A DNA stretch of 57,504 nt from positions 1 to 57,504 of the IMG/VR virus record IMGVR_UViG_3300048636_000153; one strand, 5' to 3'. The stretch's first letter is position 1; each line of letters begins with the position of its first letter. The notes below the pieces were generated by a model that had not been told where the DNA came from, did no database searches, and saw only the letters and a list, made by a program, of their open reading frames with translations. The translations under genes and the position numbers were made by a program. This DNA is from a virus. Lineage: Duplodnaviria; Caudoviricetes. Shown piece by piece: positions 1 to 9,210 of the stretch.

Positions 1-127
1 GGTCTGCAATTACCTTTCTTAGCAAATCAGCAGCCTCTTGTAATTCTTTCTTAGTTCCATTATCAAGCACGTCTCTGACGTACTCGCCTAGAAACTTATG
101 GTATTGTTCGTTTATAAAGTCGTTTAA
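1..127 (+). repeat. Terminal direct repeat, left copy (circular-contig overlap)
   Basis: 1-127 is identical to 57378-57504, and an ORF reads through the join. Confidence 0.95.
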
Positions 128-544
128 CGTGTCTACGGTTGTTGCGCTACTAAGGCTTTCAAGTATTTCTTTTGGCAGAGAAAAGTACTCTCTACTAGGA
201 TAGTAACCATTGTGTTGATAGTCACTAAGAACACTGTGGAGAAATTTCTCGTATTCGAAGGCCTCTTTACGAGGCATCTCAACACTGTTCATAATGAGGT
301 CAAAGCCAAGTTCTCTGAGGCGTCGCTCAGGTGTATCGCTCACGCCAACCTTGCACACATCCCCGTCGCGCTTGTACATGACATAGACATTGCTCATTGG
401 CCCGTATTGTTCAATCAAGCCACGTACTACGTCATCACATCTTTCAGCCTCATCAAACGCATTGTTGATGTCACGCAGGCGATACCCAACACCTTTTTGA
501 TAGGTGACGATATACCTAACCTCTTCCATCTTGTGCAGGCTCAT
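1..544 (-). CDS. T5orf172/GIY-YIG-like domain protein (about 190 aa) spanning the circular junction (continues 57377 to 57349)
   Basis: Manual translation from the ATG at 544, which overlaps the TGA of 541..1308: MSLHKMEE...NVYVMYKRDGDVCKVGVSDTPERRLREL...AFEYEKFLH...SREYF...LDEAA*. Not in the ORF track. Confidence 0.75.
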   Translation of the reverse strand, partial: MSLHKMEEVRYIVTYQKGVGYRLRDINNAFDEAERCDDVVRGLIEQYGPMSNVYVMYKRDGDVCKVGVSDTPERRLRELGFDLIMNSVEMPRKEAFEYEKFLHSVLSDYQHNGYYPSREYFSLPKEILESLSSATTVDTLNDFINEQYHKFLGEYVRDVLDNGTKKELQEAADLLRKVIAD

Positions 545-1308
545 CTATTTTTCTCCATTAGGTCTTTGGCTTCTTGGATTATTAACTCAAGCGTGCTAAT
601 GTGTTTTTCCAATTCTTCAACTCTCTTGGGCGTCAGTCTCTTAGGCGGGTTCTGTGCTACCCTCAGAATCTTTGCCACTGCTGTTTCGCCGCTGCGCTGG
701 ATAGCACTCTTGCCCTTGCGCTGACTTCCTCTTGACTTCTCTTTACGAATGGCTTCGGATAAGCTCTTTATCGACCACACATGATGAACATTGTTATCAT
801 CATAGTACCCATCAGCGGCCCACTTAAGCCATCGGCGTTGATCTTTTTCTGCCATCGGCGCTATCACCTGATGGTGCCCAAAAGATAGCGCGTCTATACG
901 TATAGACGGCGGGACTTGACGACATACATAAGCGTAGTCCTTAAGTGTATCTGGCTCATACTGAGTGCCTTCCGCCATAACTGCATAAGTCATCTCAAGC
1001 TTGCTATCACCATAAGCAATTGCGTCGCCAATAGCCCACTGCATCGTGGTGTCAAGCGCAAACAAAACACCCTTCAGCTTGCCCCATTCTTCGGACGTTG
1101 TATCTTCTGGAATGACCACACCAGTAGGAGTGAACTTGAAGCGACCAAGCGCCATTGTGTTATCGCCATAAATAACAATAGCATTATTGGGATCGATCTT
1201 GTTATGGTTATCGATGGCGCGCTTCATATCCCTTGGCAGGTTTACCCGCAATTGCCCCATGCCACTCTCAAGCTCGTTATCGTCCATCTGTCGCTTTAAG
1301 CTACTCAT
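541..1308 (-). CDS. LmbU-like DNA-binding protein, possible ParA partner
   Basis: FTPTGVVIP..EEW...QWAIGD.IAYG...TLKDYAYVCR...LSFGHHQVIA...QRRWL..WS pattern recalls the LmbU family; translationally coupled to parA. Confidence 0.65.
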   Translation of the reverse strand: MSSLKRQMDDNELESGMGQLRVNLPRDMKRAIDNHNKIDPNNAIVIYGDNTMALGRFKFTPTGVVIPEDTTSEEWGKLKGVLFALDTTMQWAIGDAIAYGDSKLEMTYAVMAEGTQYEPDTLKDYAYVCRQVPPSIRIDALSFGHHQVIAPMAEKDQRRWLKWAADGYYDDNNVHHVWSIKSLSEAIRKEKSRGSQRKGKSAIQRSGETAVAKILRVAQNPPKRLTPKRVEELEKHISTLELIIQEAKDLMEKNR

Positions 1309-2120
1309 GCTGCTTTCTCCATTGCTGCGGCTAGTGCGTGAATAATTGGCATCATGTCAGTGCGTGCGCGCTCAATGGCCTCCATCTCGAACGGGTTATT
1401 GCTTGTCAGTGTCCAGATACTTTGACGCGATGCAGCAGCGGCTTCCCATATGTCTAGCTTACGCATCTCAGGGAAGATAGGCGCACGGCCCTTATACTCT
1501 TTATACAGCTTGGCACGAAGGCGGCGCTTGATGGATGTAGCAGCCTCAAACGCTGTAGGCAATACACCCAACACCTGCCCACATTGCAAGCCGTATTCGA
1601 CGCCCTGCACATTGTGTTCGTCCATCGCGTCTAGCGTGTCGCCAATGGCGTCAATGCTGTATGCGCTGTTGATAGTCGGGATAATGATATAGTCACTCGC
1701 ATAAAAGAACGCACTGTGAATATCATCAATGCTTGGGGCCATGTCAGCGACGATCAGGTCGAATGCATCGCGCAGGGTATAGACCGCGTTGTACAGGTTA
1801 CCCAGCGTCTCTGCATGATTCTCAATGTACTTGGTTGTGATGTTGGAAGGCAGCACCATAAACTGCAAGCCCTCAACGCCTGTGAAGCGGTCAGGTACAT
1901 TACGTAAGACATCAGCAAACTCAGCACCCTCAAGCACAAGGCGCTTAAGGCCAGCCAGTCGCCGGACCCTGACGCTATGCGTTGCCGTGCCTTGCTGGTC
2001 GCCGTCGATCAACAACACGCGCAAACCTTGCAGCGCAAACCATGTTGCTATCTCTCTCGATACGGTCGTCTTTCCAACGCCGCCCTTATGGTTGTGTAGA
2101 CTCACTACTAAACTCATCAC
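1305..2120 (-). CDS. parA: ParA/Soj-family partition ATPase
   Basis: Deviant Walker A KGGVGKTT, VLLIDGDQQG, DLIVADMAPS, SDYIIIP. Confidence 0.92.
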   Translation of the reverse strand: MMSLVVSLHNHKGGVGKTTVSREIATWFALQGLRVLLIDGDQQGTATHSVRVRRLAGLKRLVLEGAEFADVLRNVPDRFTGVEGLQFMVLPSNITTKYIENHAETLGNLYNAVYTLRDAFDLIVADMAPSIDDIHSAFFYASDYIIIPTINSAYSIDAIGDTLDAMDEHNVQGVEYGLQCGQVLGVLPTAFEAATSIKRRLRAKLYKEYKGRAPIFPEMRKLDIWEAAAASRQSIWTLTSNNPFEMEAIERARTDMMPIIHALAAAMEKAA

Positions 2121-2344
2121 TCCACCTCGCCTTCACTCTGCCGTGCCCACCACGCTTGCAGCGCGTCGTGGTGCTCTGCTAACCATGTCAACATGCTTGC
2201 ATTGCAGCCTTCGTACAGGCTGTTGGCTGTCTCGTACATCGCCAAGTGGTCACCGTCCCGTGCCTGCATAATTTGCTGCTCAAGGCTTTTGCTGCGTGCA
2301 TAGAGCGCTTGCAGCCTAGCCATTGCCTCATTGCTCAATTCCAT
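2117..2344 (-). CDS. Hypothetical protein
   Basis: AGGAG RBS; overlaps the parA start. Confidence 0.6.
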   Translation of the reverse strand: MELSNEAMARLQALYARSKSLEQQIMQARDGDHLAMYETANSLYEGCNASMLTWLAEHHDALQAWWARQSEGEVE

Positions 2345-2404
2345 GCTATACTCCTATCATCATATGCTTCACTGCACTGCGCGCCTCCGGGCGCGTTTTG
2401 CTTT

Positions 2405-2680
2405 TTAGCTATTGGCTATTGGTGGCATCTCTAATTCTTGCAAGGTGCTTAACCAGTTAAACTTAAAATCCCATACTAGCTTTAGCCCCTGTGCTGTTGG
2501 CGTCACATGATAAATCTCTAGTACAGACTTGCGCTTTTGGTTTACAAGAACTAGGCCGTGCTTTTGCAATGTCTGTGCTTCTGACCAAAAGCTACTAACC
2601 TTTGATATTGTGACAGGCGTGTTTGCTATCACATGCAAAAGATAATCAAACTCTGCCAACGTTATCTGCAATACATCCAT
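2405..2680 (-). CDS. Hypothetical protein
   Basis: Co-oriented ORF in the leftward operon with a GAGGTG RBS. Confidence 0.55.
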   Translation of the reverse strand: MDVLQITLAEFDYLLHVIANTPVTISKVSSFWSEAQTLQKHGLVLVNQKRKSVLEIYHVTPTAQGLKLVWDFKFNWLSTLQELEMPPIANS

Positions 2681-2787
2681 CTCATCACCTCATCATCTCA
2701 CTTATCGCCATACCCACAAGCACGCTCAGCAGCGGCACCAGCACGACCAGCGCGCAAGGCCAGCAGGATAGCGCGTCCGGTGGCGGC

Positions 2788-3150
2788 TCATGCTTGGTCA
2801 TTGCTACTCTCCATTAAGTGACTTGCGAAATGCTTCCGCAAGTATTCACGGTATTCTTCTGTTAGCGCGTTGTTCAATGGCAAGTCAGTCATGTTTGACA
2901 ACTGTTCCCAAAAGTCCCGCGTAGCCTCACCTTCTAGCCTCACACGTTCTGACTCAGCAATAGCCTTCTCTTTTTCAATATCCATAAGGCGGCGACTGTG
3001 CTCAATGTGTAAATCCATCTTGCGCTTCTCGTAGGCCGTTGTAATGCGCTCGTTCTCGGTTAGTTCGCGGTCAATCGGTACACGCTTGGGAATAATCTTG
3101 CGTGTCTTGAAGTCGAACTCATAGATAATGCGATACTCTTGCTCACTCAT
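2788..3150 (-). CDS. Hypothetical protein
   Basis: ATGA-coupled to the upstream ORF. Confidence 0.6.
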   Translation of the reverse strand: MSEQEYRIIYEFDFKTRKIIPKRVPIDRELTENERITTAYEKRKMDLHIEHSRRLMDIEKEKAIAESERVRLEGEATRDFWEQLSNMTDLPLNNALTEEYREYLRKHFASHLMESSNDQA

Positions 3151-3731
3151 GCCACATCCTCCAATATGCTTACTGTGATCTTCACTTGCTTGCCTTCATA
3201 GCGCGTAGGCAGTTCGACCAGCGACACCTTGCCACCGCGCACCACATCGAATGCCACGTATGGCTGTGGCTTAGCAGGCAGGTTGCGTATCTCTCGCTTG
3301 CTATCGCGTAGGAAGTCCCGCTTGCCTTCGACCAGCGCGTTAGCTGTAGACAGTAATTCGTGACGCTGCTCATCGTCCAGGTACTTCACGCTGACTTCCC
3401 GGTAGTGGTCGAAGGCTAAGTTGTCATAAACGCGGCTTTCGGGCGGGAAGGCGTAGCCAACAGGCGCATAGTTATAAATCGTCTGCATGGCATAGTCGCT
3501 TACCTCGAAGGCCTGCGTGTACTTGTCGCCCAACATGGTTTCACCGTAGACAATCAGATCAGCCAGTGCCCAGGATGCCATCGACTTTATGGCTAGTGCG
3601 CTGTGTACTGCCTGCTCGTATTCAGCGTAGGTTAGCTCACGGTCAATGTGCAGGCCAGTGGGCGTCATGCGATAGGGTGTGTCGTATCCCGCTTGCGGTA
3701 AGTCGATAACTGCCAATGCTGCTGTGGTCAT
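3147..3731 (-). CDS. Second LmbU-like protein (paralog of 541..1308)
   Basis: MTPTGLHID...SWALADLIVYGE...YAMQTIYNYA...LAFDHYREV aligns by eye with 541..1308. Confidence 0.6.
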   Translation of the reverse strand: MTTAALAVIDLPQAGYDTPYRMTPTGLHIDRELTYAEYEQAVHSALAIKSMASWALADLIVYGETMLGDKYTQAFEVSDYAMQTIYNYAPVGYAFPPESRVYDNLAFDHYREVSVKYLDDEQRHELLSTANALVEGKRDFLRDSKREIRNLPAKPQPYVAFDVVRGGKVSLVELPTRYEGKQVKITVSILEDVA

Positions 3732-3733
3732 TC

Positions 3734-4135
3734 TTACCTCACATATTTGTTCATTAGGCCGCGTGCGATGATAAAGCCAAGTACGGTGAAGATCGTAAAC
3801 GCAATCAGTGTGGTCTGCTCAACAGTGCGTGCCGCTTCCACACGATCACATACGACAAAGTAGCAGGTATTCATCTGCTCAGACACCACGCTCACCAACT
3901 TGCCACCGACTAAGCCCAGGCCGACAGCTAGTGCCAGTTGCACGAAAGCATAGGCTAGCTGCGTTGGCAGGCCGGGTGCTGGCTTGGCATCCGCTAGCCT
4001 GCGCTGTATCGCCGCACGCGCCTTGTCTGCGCGCTCACCAGTCACGCCTTCCAGCGCACCCAGGGCTTGCTTGTATTCGCCTGCTTTGTAGTGCTTGCTT
4101 GCTTCGATCATCTTCGCTCTCGCGTCGTCGTTCAT
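3734..4135 (-). CDS. Small membrane protein (two hydrophobic helices)
   Basis: Hydrophobic segments LAYAFVQLALAVGLGLVGG and LIAFTIFTVLGFIIA; GAGGA RBS. Confidence 0.6.
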   Translation of the reverse strand: MNDDARAKMIEASKHYKAGEYKQALGALEGVTGERADKARAAIQRRLADAKPAPGLPTQLAYAFVQLALAVGLGLVGGKLVSVVSEQMNTCYFVVCDRVEAARTVEQTTLIAFTIFTVLGFIIARGLMNKYVR

Positions 4136-4182
4136 GGTGCTATCCTCGTATTAATGACTGTTGTGGATAGCTTACCACGAAA

Positions 4183-4401
4183 TCAATACGGTATCTTGCT
4201 TACGATCACATCCCACTCGCCACGCGCTAGCCGCTCGCTGCCATCAGCCATCCTCAGCAGATAGCGACCATCCACTGTGCGCTGCATCCCGGTGACGCGC
4301 TGCCTGCGATACGTGACTACCGTGTCAGCGAGAGCAGGCAGGGACGCGCCTTGCTGCATGTCGTATTCTGCGATGGTCATCGTGTGCTCGGTGTCGGTCA
4401 T
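4183..4401 (-). CDS. Hypothetical protein
   Basis: ATGA-coupled, AGGAG RBS. Confidence 0.55.
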   Translation of the reverse strand: MTDTEHTMTIAEYDMQQGASLPALADTVVTYRRQRVTGMQRTVDGRYLLRMADGSERLARGEWDVIVSKIPY

Positions 4402-5015
4402 GCTGACTCCTGACTAGCGAATAAGTCAAGCTGCACCGGTTCGCTATCGATCACTTCCACGAACACAATACCGTCGCGTGCCATGCGTTCACGTCGCTTG
4501 CCATCAGGCACAAGCGGGCGAGGCTCATCACGGCCAGGCAGTCGCTTGGCTAAAACCTGCCTACCATCTTCTAGTAGTTTGTCACGGTAGCCCTGAAAGC
4601 GCTCATCAGCCTGTGGCACCCTATCCCAAAAGCCTTGAGGTAATGCGTCCGGGTACAACTCACGGAACAGCCCAGCGGTCACAGCCAACCCGTCGCCATT
4701 CATCGGCACTAGCAAGGATGAACCATGCATGACCGTTAGCAACTCAGACTTGGTGACTTGCTGAATATCCTTGCCATCTTCAATTATCTTAAGCAGTTCA
4801 CGGCAGTGAGAACGGAAGGCGTTCTCAGGCATCGACAGGCGTGCGCGCAATGTGCGGAATGACCCAAAGAGCAAGGCGCGCTTATCGATAGGGGCCTTTT
4901 TGCAAGCACGTTCTATCTCGGTTTCAGCGATGCTAACGTTATTGTTCCATGATGTGAATATGTCTCTTGTTAGTACGCCTACTTGCTCTAGCACCAGTTG
5001 TTCAAGCCTGTTCAT
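4398..5015 (-). CDS. Hypothetical protein with C-terminal QLDLF motif
   Basis: 205-aa ORF coupled to its neighbours; QLDLF matches the beta-clamp-binding consensus. Confidence 0.6.
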   Translation of the reverse strand: MNRLEQLVLEQVGVLTRDIFTSWNNNVSIAETEIERACKKAPIDKRALLFGSFRTLRARLSMPENAFRSHCRELLKIIEDGKDIQQVTKSELLTVMHGSSLLVPMNGDGLAVTAGLFRELYPDALPQGFWDRVPQADERFQGYRDKLLEDGRQVLAKRLPGRDEPRPLVPDGKRRERMARDGIVFVEVIDSEPVQLDLFASQESA

Positions 5016-5284
5016 TGATGCGCTCCGGTAGATTCAATAAGCCGCAACAGCGATTGCATCAAAGGTAAACCGACTTCGGCACGACCGCGCTCAGCCTTGC
5101 TAATGTATGTGGCTGTTACCCCAAGCGCGTCAGCTAATTCTTGTTGCGTCATATTCATCTCAGTTCGAGCATCTTTTAGAAACTCGCTTAAGCCTTCAGA
5201 TGCAATATGCCGATCCTCTCTATAACGAGCCTCAGCATCCAACCTTTTCTTGATAAAACGAACAACTCTACCACTTGCTTTCAT
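5012..5284 (-). CDS. XRE-family HTH regulator
   Basis: LKDARTEMNMTQQELADALGVTATYISKAERG; start reassigned to the ATG at 5284 (GGAGG RBS). Confidence 0.85.
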   Translation of the reverse strand: MKASGRVVRFIKKRLDAEARYREDRHIASEGLSEFLKDARTEMNMTQQELADALGVTATYISKAERGRAEVGLPLMQSLLRLIESTGAHQ

Positions 5285-5523
5285 GTATCTTGATCCTCCC
5301 TTACCCTGACAACTAGATCGCAAACTTCGCAATCAAAATAGTCGCAGAACTTATCCAACACTTCAAAATGCGTTCTCTCTATACGTGATTTCATCCAACT
5401 GCTTATTGTGCGCGGCTGTACTCCAATTTCTTCAGATAGGGCTGTAATTGTGGGCAGGTCTTCATCCTTCCTGTCGGGGAACTTAGCCCTCAGTAACTCC
5501 ATGAATCGCGTCTCTATTGCCAT
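5281..5523 (-). CDS. Cro/CI-type HTH repressor
   Basis: TITALSEEIGVQPRTISSWM...LDKFCDYFDCEVCDLV; first gene of the leftward operon; start reassigned to ATG 5523. Confidence 0.8.
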   Translation of the reverse strand: MAIETRFMELLRAKFPDRKDEDLPTITALSEEIGVQPRTISSWMKSRIERTHFEVLDKFCDYFDCEVCDLVVRVREDQDT

Positions 5524-5631
5524 GATGTATATCCTCTGTGGGGTGAGTGCTAACCACATTGTGACACACATCCTTGTTAGTGCCTAAGCGTTCAGATATT
5601 TTAACAATTTAGGCATTAGGCATTCAAGTAC

Positions 5632-5672
5632 TTGACAATTCATATGATACCTGCTAGTATTGTAAATGTCAA
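5632..5672. promoter_or_regulatory. Overlapping divergent sigma70-type promoters
   Basis: Plus strand TTGACA(5632)-17 nt-TAGTAT(5655); minus strand TTGACA(5672-5667)-17 nt-TATCAT(5649-5644). Confidence 0.75.
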
Positions 5673-5788
5673 GCGTAGTCATGTGCTTAATCACCTGAAT
5701 GCGTTAGATATATAAAAGAAAAAGCCGTGCGGCCTGGACAGCATACACGACTTTCTCTGACCAAAATAGTCGATATAAGGATACCACA

Positions 5789-6103
5789 ATGAATGCAAGA
5801 ATCTTAGTAGAGAACATCACCAACATCATCCCGCTACCAAACCAGCGCACCCAGCCTGTTTGGCAAGTTCACGAAATGCAGGACGAATACAGCGTGCTAG
5901 CGTTGTATCCCGGCGACCGCATCCGCATCCTGGAAGGCGACCGTCGCCTATACGGAACCATCCACCATGCATGGGAAAGCGTAGACGGCGTAGTCGCACA
6001 GGTCACAGTCGATAGCTGCAATGGCAAAGCGCTTCGTCAGGCATTCAACTGGACGCTATCAGCCAGCCGCATCGACGCGGTTATCATTCAGGTGGTGCGC
6101 TAA
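5789..6103 (+). CDS. Hypothetical early protein
   Basis: First gene of the rightward operon, AAGGA RBS. Confidence 0.6.
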   Translation: MNARILVENITNIIPLPNQRTQPVWQVHEMQDEYSVLALYPGDRIRILEGDRRLYGTIHHAWESVDGVVAQVTVDSCNGKALRQAFNWTLSASRIDAVIIQVVR

Positions 6104-6357
6104 TGGAAAATCTGACCCGTTCCCAATACCTACGCAAAAAGCAACTACTTGCCCAACTGCGTGCCACAGTCCAGAACTACACCGCGCAGATATTGGACAT
6201 CGATCACACCGCGCTTGCTGATATTCAAGACGACACCAAGCGCGCCATTGAGCAGGGCAGCTTGGTGTACTGCCAAATGCTAAACCGACAGGGTGCATTC
6301 CGTGTGTACGACCCCGGTAAGACGCCACACGTTGACGACATGGACGGTAACGACTAA
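6103..6357 (+). CDS. Hypothetical protein
   Basis: TAATG coupling. Confidence 0.55.
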   Translation: MENLTRSQYLRKKQLLAQLRATVQNYTAQILDIDHTALADIQDDTKRAIEQGSLVYCQMLNRQGAFRVYDPGKTPHVDDMDGND

Positions 6358-6667
6358 TGGCAACCTACGTCGCAACCAAGGCAAACGAACAGGCGGTGCA
6401 ACAGCCGCCTGCCATCCGCAACGAGCAAGCCGACACGCACAACGACCGTGCGCTTGCAGATAAGCGCGCTAGTAACAAGGTGGTGAAGTCATGATCTTCT
6501 TTGTGATCGTCGTCTACATACCTGTTTACGAGCAGTACGCAATTGATGCTGACACCTACTACATGCCCGGTGGCGCTAGCGACGAAGACGCGCTAGCCAG
6601 CCTGCAAGCTGCTGAGTGGGACGCTTACTGTGACGATATGCAACGTGAATATTGGGGAGGCTAATCA

Positions 6668-7063
6668 ATGAGCGACGAAATGGAACGGTACACAGAAGTA
6701 GCAAACGCAATGGAGGACTGGCTAGACCAATACTACATGTGGGTTGTAGACAGTGCCGCACAGCAAGTATTCAAGCAATATGGTATCGAAAAAGAATACT
6801 TAGAGATCAGGTGGCCTATGCATCCTGCGGACGGGTTCGTGCTTGTTGGTCTGGAAATGGGTATTGCTAATCGCATCAGGGAAATCGTCAGCGAGAAAAT
6901 TCAGGGTGTTCCGCTTGTGCTGTACTACTTTGGCATCAGCCAAGTGCAAGTAGGGCGCACTGCAAGGCCAGACCTACCGCCAGCGGGAACAGGCGACGAA
7001 GGCAACGTGGAAAGCACGCGCATTTTTGGACCGGACTACTTTAGCAAGAAGGCAGGCGACTAA
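6668..7063 (+). CDS. Hypothetical protein
   Basis: GGAGG RBS. Confidence 0.6.
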   Translation: MSDEMERYTEVANAMEDWLDQYYMWVVDSAAQQVFKQYGIEKEYLEIRWPMHPADGFVLVGLEMGIANRIREIVSEKIQGVPLVLYYFGISQVQVGRTARPDLPPAGTGDEGNVESTRIFGPDYFSKKAGD

Positions 7064-7365
7064 TGGGTTGGGAAGCAGACCACAGAACGCAGAATAACAA
7101 GATCGTAGTTCATTTGCAGTCTATTTGGTTTGATGTCGAATTGTGCCGTGATATGGATTACGAGAATTTTGAAGCGCGAGTCGATAAACACGACCGTTTA
7201 GAAATCCAATACTCGCCAGGAGGTGCCTTGGGTTCGTGGCTCATCGAGGGAAGTATTGAAAAGGGCGACGATGTCTCTGTCATGTGCCAAGAATGGGGGA
7301 AATTCCTCAAGAGAGCTATGGCGCTAAGTTTACGTACAAATCGCAAAGCAAAGGCAGGCGACTAA
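7063..7365 (+). CDS. Hypothetical protein flanked by 17-bp direct repeats
   Basis: TAATG coupling at both ends; AAGGCAGGCGACTAATG at 7049 and 7351. Confidence 0.6.
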   Translation: MGWEADHRTQNNKIVVHLQSIWFDVELCRDMDYENFEARVDKHDRLEIQYSPGGALGSWLIEGSIEKGDDVSVMCQEWGKFLKRAMALSLRTNRKAKAGD

Positions 7366-7895
7366 TGAGTAACAACATCTTGAACGCACTAGAGGAAACC
7401 GCACGCGAGTTAGCATGGGCCAAGCGTCAGGCTGAGCAGGCCAAGACCGCATATGACATGCTGCGTATCGTGTGGGAAGAACAGCCAGAGGTAGCAGATG
7501 CTATCGAAGCCAAGGCGAACGCAGCCAGTATCAAGAGCGAGTGCGAAGACAGCGCACGCAAGCTGCTTGACGACCTTCTAAGCGAGCTTCCGAAAGACAA
7601 GGATAACAAGCCGCTCTTGCCAGTTGACTACTTTAGCTATCGCAACACCAAAGGCGTAGAAGTCACCGACGCGCAAGCCGTAGCTTCGTGGCTAGTTGAG
7701 AACATGCCAAGCGCTGCCGTATCGCTGATGGCTGAAATGATCGACAAGAACAGCGGCGCGCTACTGAACCTGCTTAAAGGCAATGCAGATAAGAACGACC
7801 AGCTAAAGAATGGTTATGAGAGCATCGAAGGTGTGGTCTACAGCGTGACGCCTAAAGCCACTGTGAATTGGTCGAAGCTGCCGGAGGTGGACTAA
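7365..7895 (+). CDS. Coiled-coil protein, possibly Gam/Gp157-like
   Basis: Helical N-terminus followed by FSYRNTKGVEVTD; weak resemblance only. Confidence 0.4.
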   Translation: MSNNILNALEETARELAWAKRQAEQAKTAYDMLRIVWEEQPEVADAIEAKANAASIKSECEDSARKLLDDLLSELPKDKDNKPLLPVDYFSYRNTKGVEVTDAQAVASWLVENMPSAAVSLMAEMIDKNSGALLNLLKGNADKNDQLKNGYESIEGVVYSVTPKATVNWSKLPEVD

Positions 7896-8230
7896 TGCTA
7901 CAGTCAACTATTGTGTGGAATATGGGCGCTGACTTCTACGACCCATATTACGATTACGTAGAGATCGAACAGCCAGCACCAAGCGACGACGACATTGACT
8001 GCATCGAATACGACCTTGAATTGCAAGTGCTTGAAGCGTACATCGACGGCGACCTATTCGACGTGGCAGAGCGCTACACGGCGCGCTGGTGGGAGCTATT
8101 CAGAATGGCACTGTCATTCGACTACAGCGAGAACGACGAAGGCCGGATCATCCGTATGCGTGAGGACATCCAGGCTGACGTGATACGCGAAAACTATCCG
8201 CAGTATTTTACCGATACATCAGCAGCCTAG
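7895..8230 (+). CDS. Acidic hypothetical protein
   Basis: GGAGG RBS, TAATG coupling. Confidence 0.55.
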   Translation: MLQSTIVWNMGADFYDPYYDYVEIEQPAPSDDDIDCIEYDLELQVLEAYIDGDLFDVAERYTARWWELFRMALSFDYSENDEGRIIRMREDIQADVIRENYPQYFTDTSAA

Positions 8231-8420
8231 CTCTCAATAGCTATCATGCAAGTTATAGAACGGATATTCGAACCAAGCTATAACTTAGAAACGGTTAGAA
8301 CGGTGATAATATCGTAACAAGTAAGCTGTTCGGTTCATAGAACGTCGCATTGTGAATTACGTAGCAATACGTATGTTTTGGACAAACGTCACAAAAAACA
8401 CAGCGTAATGTGTCAAGTAA

Positions 8421-8449
8421 TAGACAACACGAAATTAACAAACTATACT
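8421..8449 (+). promoter_or_regulatory. sigma70-type promoter
   Basis: TAGACA-17 nt-TATACT. Confidence 0.7.
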
Positions 8450-8455
8450 ATGTAG

Positions 8456-8598
8456 ACTATCCTATTAACAGGGTGGGAGACGCCCCAAGTAGGCGTACAT
8501 GAACTAGGCCAAAGGTGCGGTCACACCTGAAGCTAGCGGTCAGTCAAATTGCAACTTAACCGGGTATGCGTAATGACGTCTCCCGCGCATAGGATAGC
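8456..8598 (+). ncRNA. Candidate structured ncRNA or 5' leader, family unknown
   Basis: Nested stems CTATCCTAT/ATAGGATAG and GGGAGACG/CGTCTCCC, plus an inner AGGTG/CACCT hairpin, starting at the predicted TSS. Confidence 0.55.
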
Positions 8599-8695
8599 AC
8601 ACGAACGAATGAGTATGACATTAAGACTTGGTTATGCAACAAGTAAGCAGGCCATTTGGCCTATATCTGACAGAGACAATGAGCAGGGTAGGGAC

Positions 8696-8887
8696 ATGCA
8701 ATACATACCAGCAAGAGACAACAGTTTTACATGGTTCAGCGTAGGCTTCATTATTGGCCTGCTGATAGCGAAGCTCACATGCACAGATGGCCCACAGACA
8801 CCGTTAGGTCGCGACGACAAGGCTTTAAATAAGGTTAAGGTCTTACCACACCAGAACAAAGAAAAGGGCGCGGAAAAGGCATCCTGA
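8696..8887 (+). CDS. Small single-TM membrane protein
   Basis: WFSVGFIIGLLIA; start reassigned to ATG 8696. Confidence 0.45.
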   Translation: MQYIPARDNSFTWFSVGFIIGLLIAKLTCTDGPQTPLGRDDKALNKVKVLPHQNKEKGAEKAS

Positions 8888-9210
8888 TGGCAAAGCGTAA
8901 CGTATTCGCAGAGTACATCGACAGTGGCGCATGGCAGCCTAGCTGCATCATCGCCAGCCAGATAGCGCGTGACATCGTGGATAACAAGATCGCAACCAGT
9001 CACGACATTGTGCTAATGCTGCATTACATGAGGCGGCAGGCACACGCAGGTGAAGTGTCGCAGGCGACCATGATGAGGCTTGAGAGCCACCTTATGAGCG
9101 AGGACTTCATCAAGGCCGCTGCGGATATTGATAACTGTAAACGTAGTGATATGGCGATATTCGTGGTGGAAGCACTGTACAGCATTTATTTTATGGAGTA
9201 CACGGCATGA
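8887..9210 (+). CDS. Hypothetical protein
   Basis: Coupled ORF. Confidence 0.55.
   Translation: MAKRNVFAEYIDSGAWQPSCIIASQIARDIVDNKIATSHDIVLMLHYMRRQAHAGEVSQATMMRLESHLMSEDFIKAAADIDNCKRSDMAIFVVEALYSIYFMEYTA

Noticed and set aside
212-724. 170-aa plus-strand ORF
   Set aside because: It is a shadow of the minus-strand T5orf172-like and LmbU-like genes.
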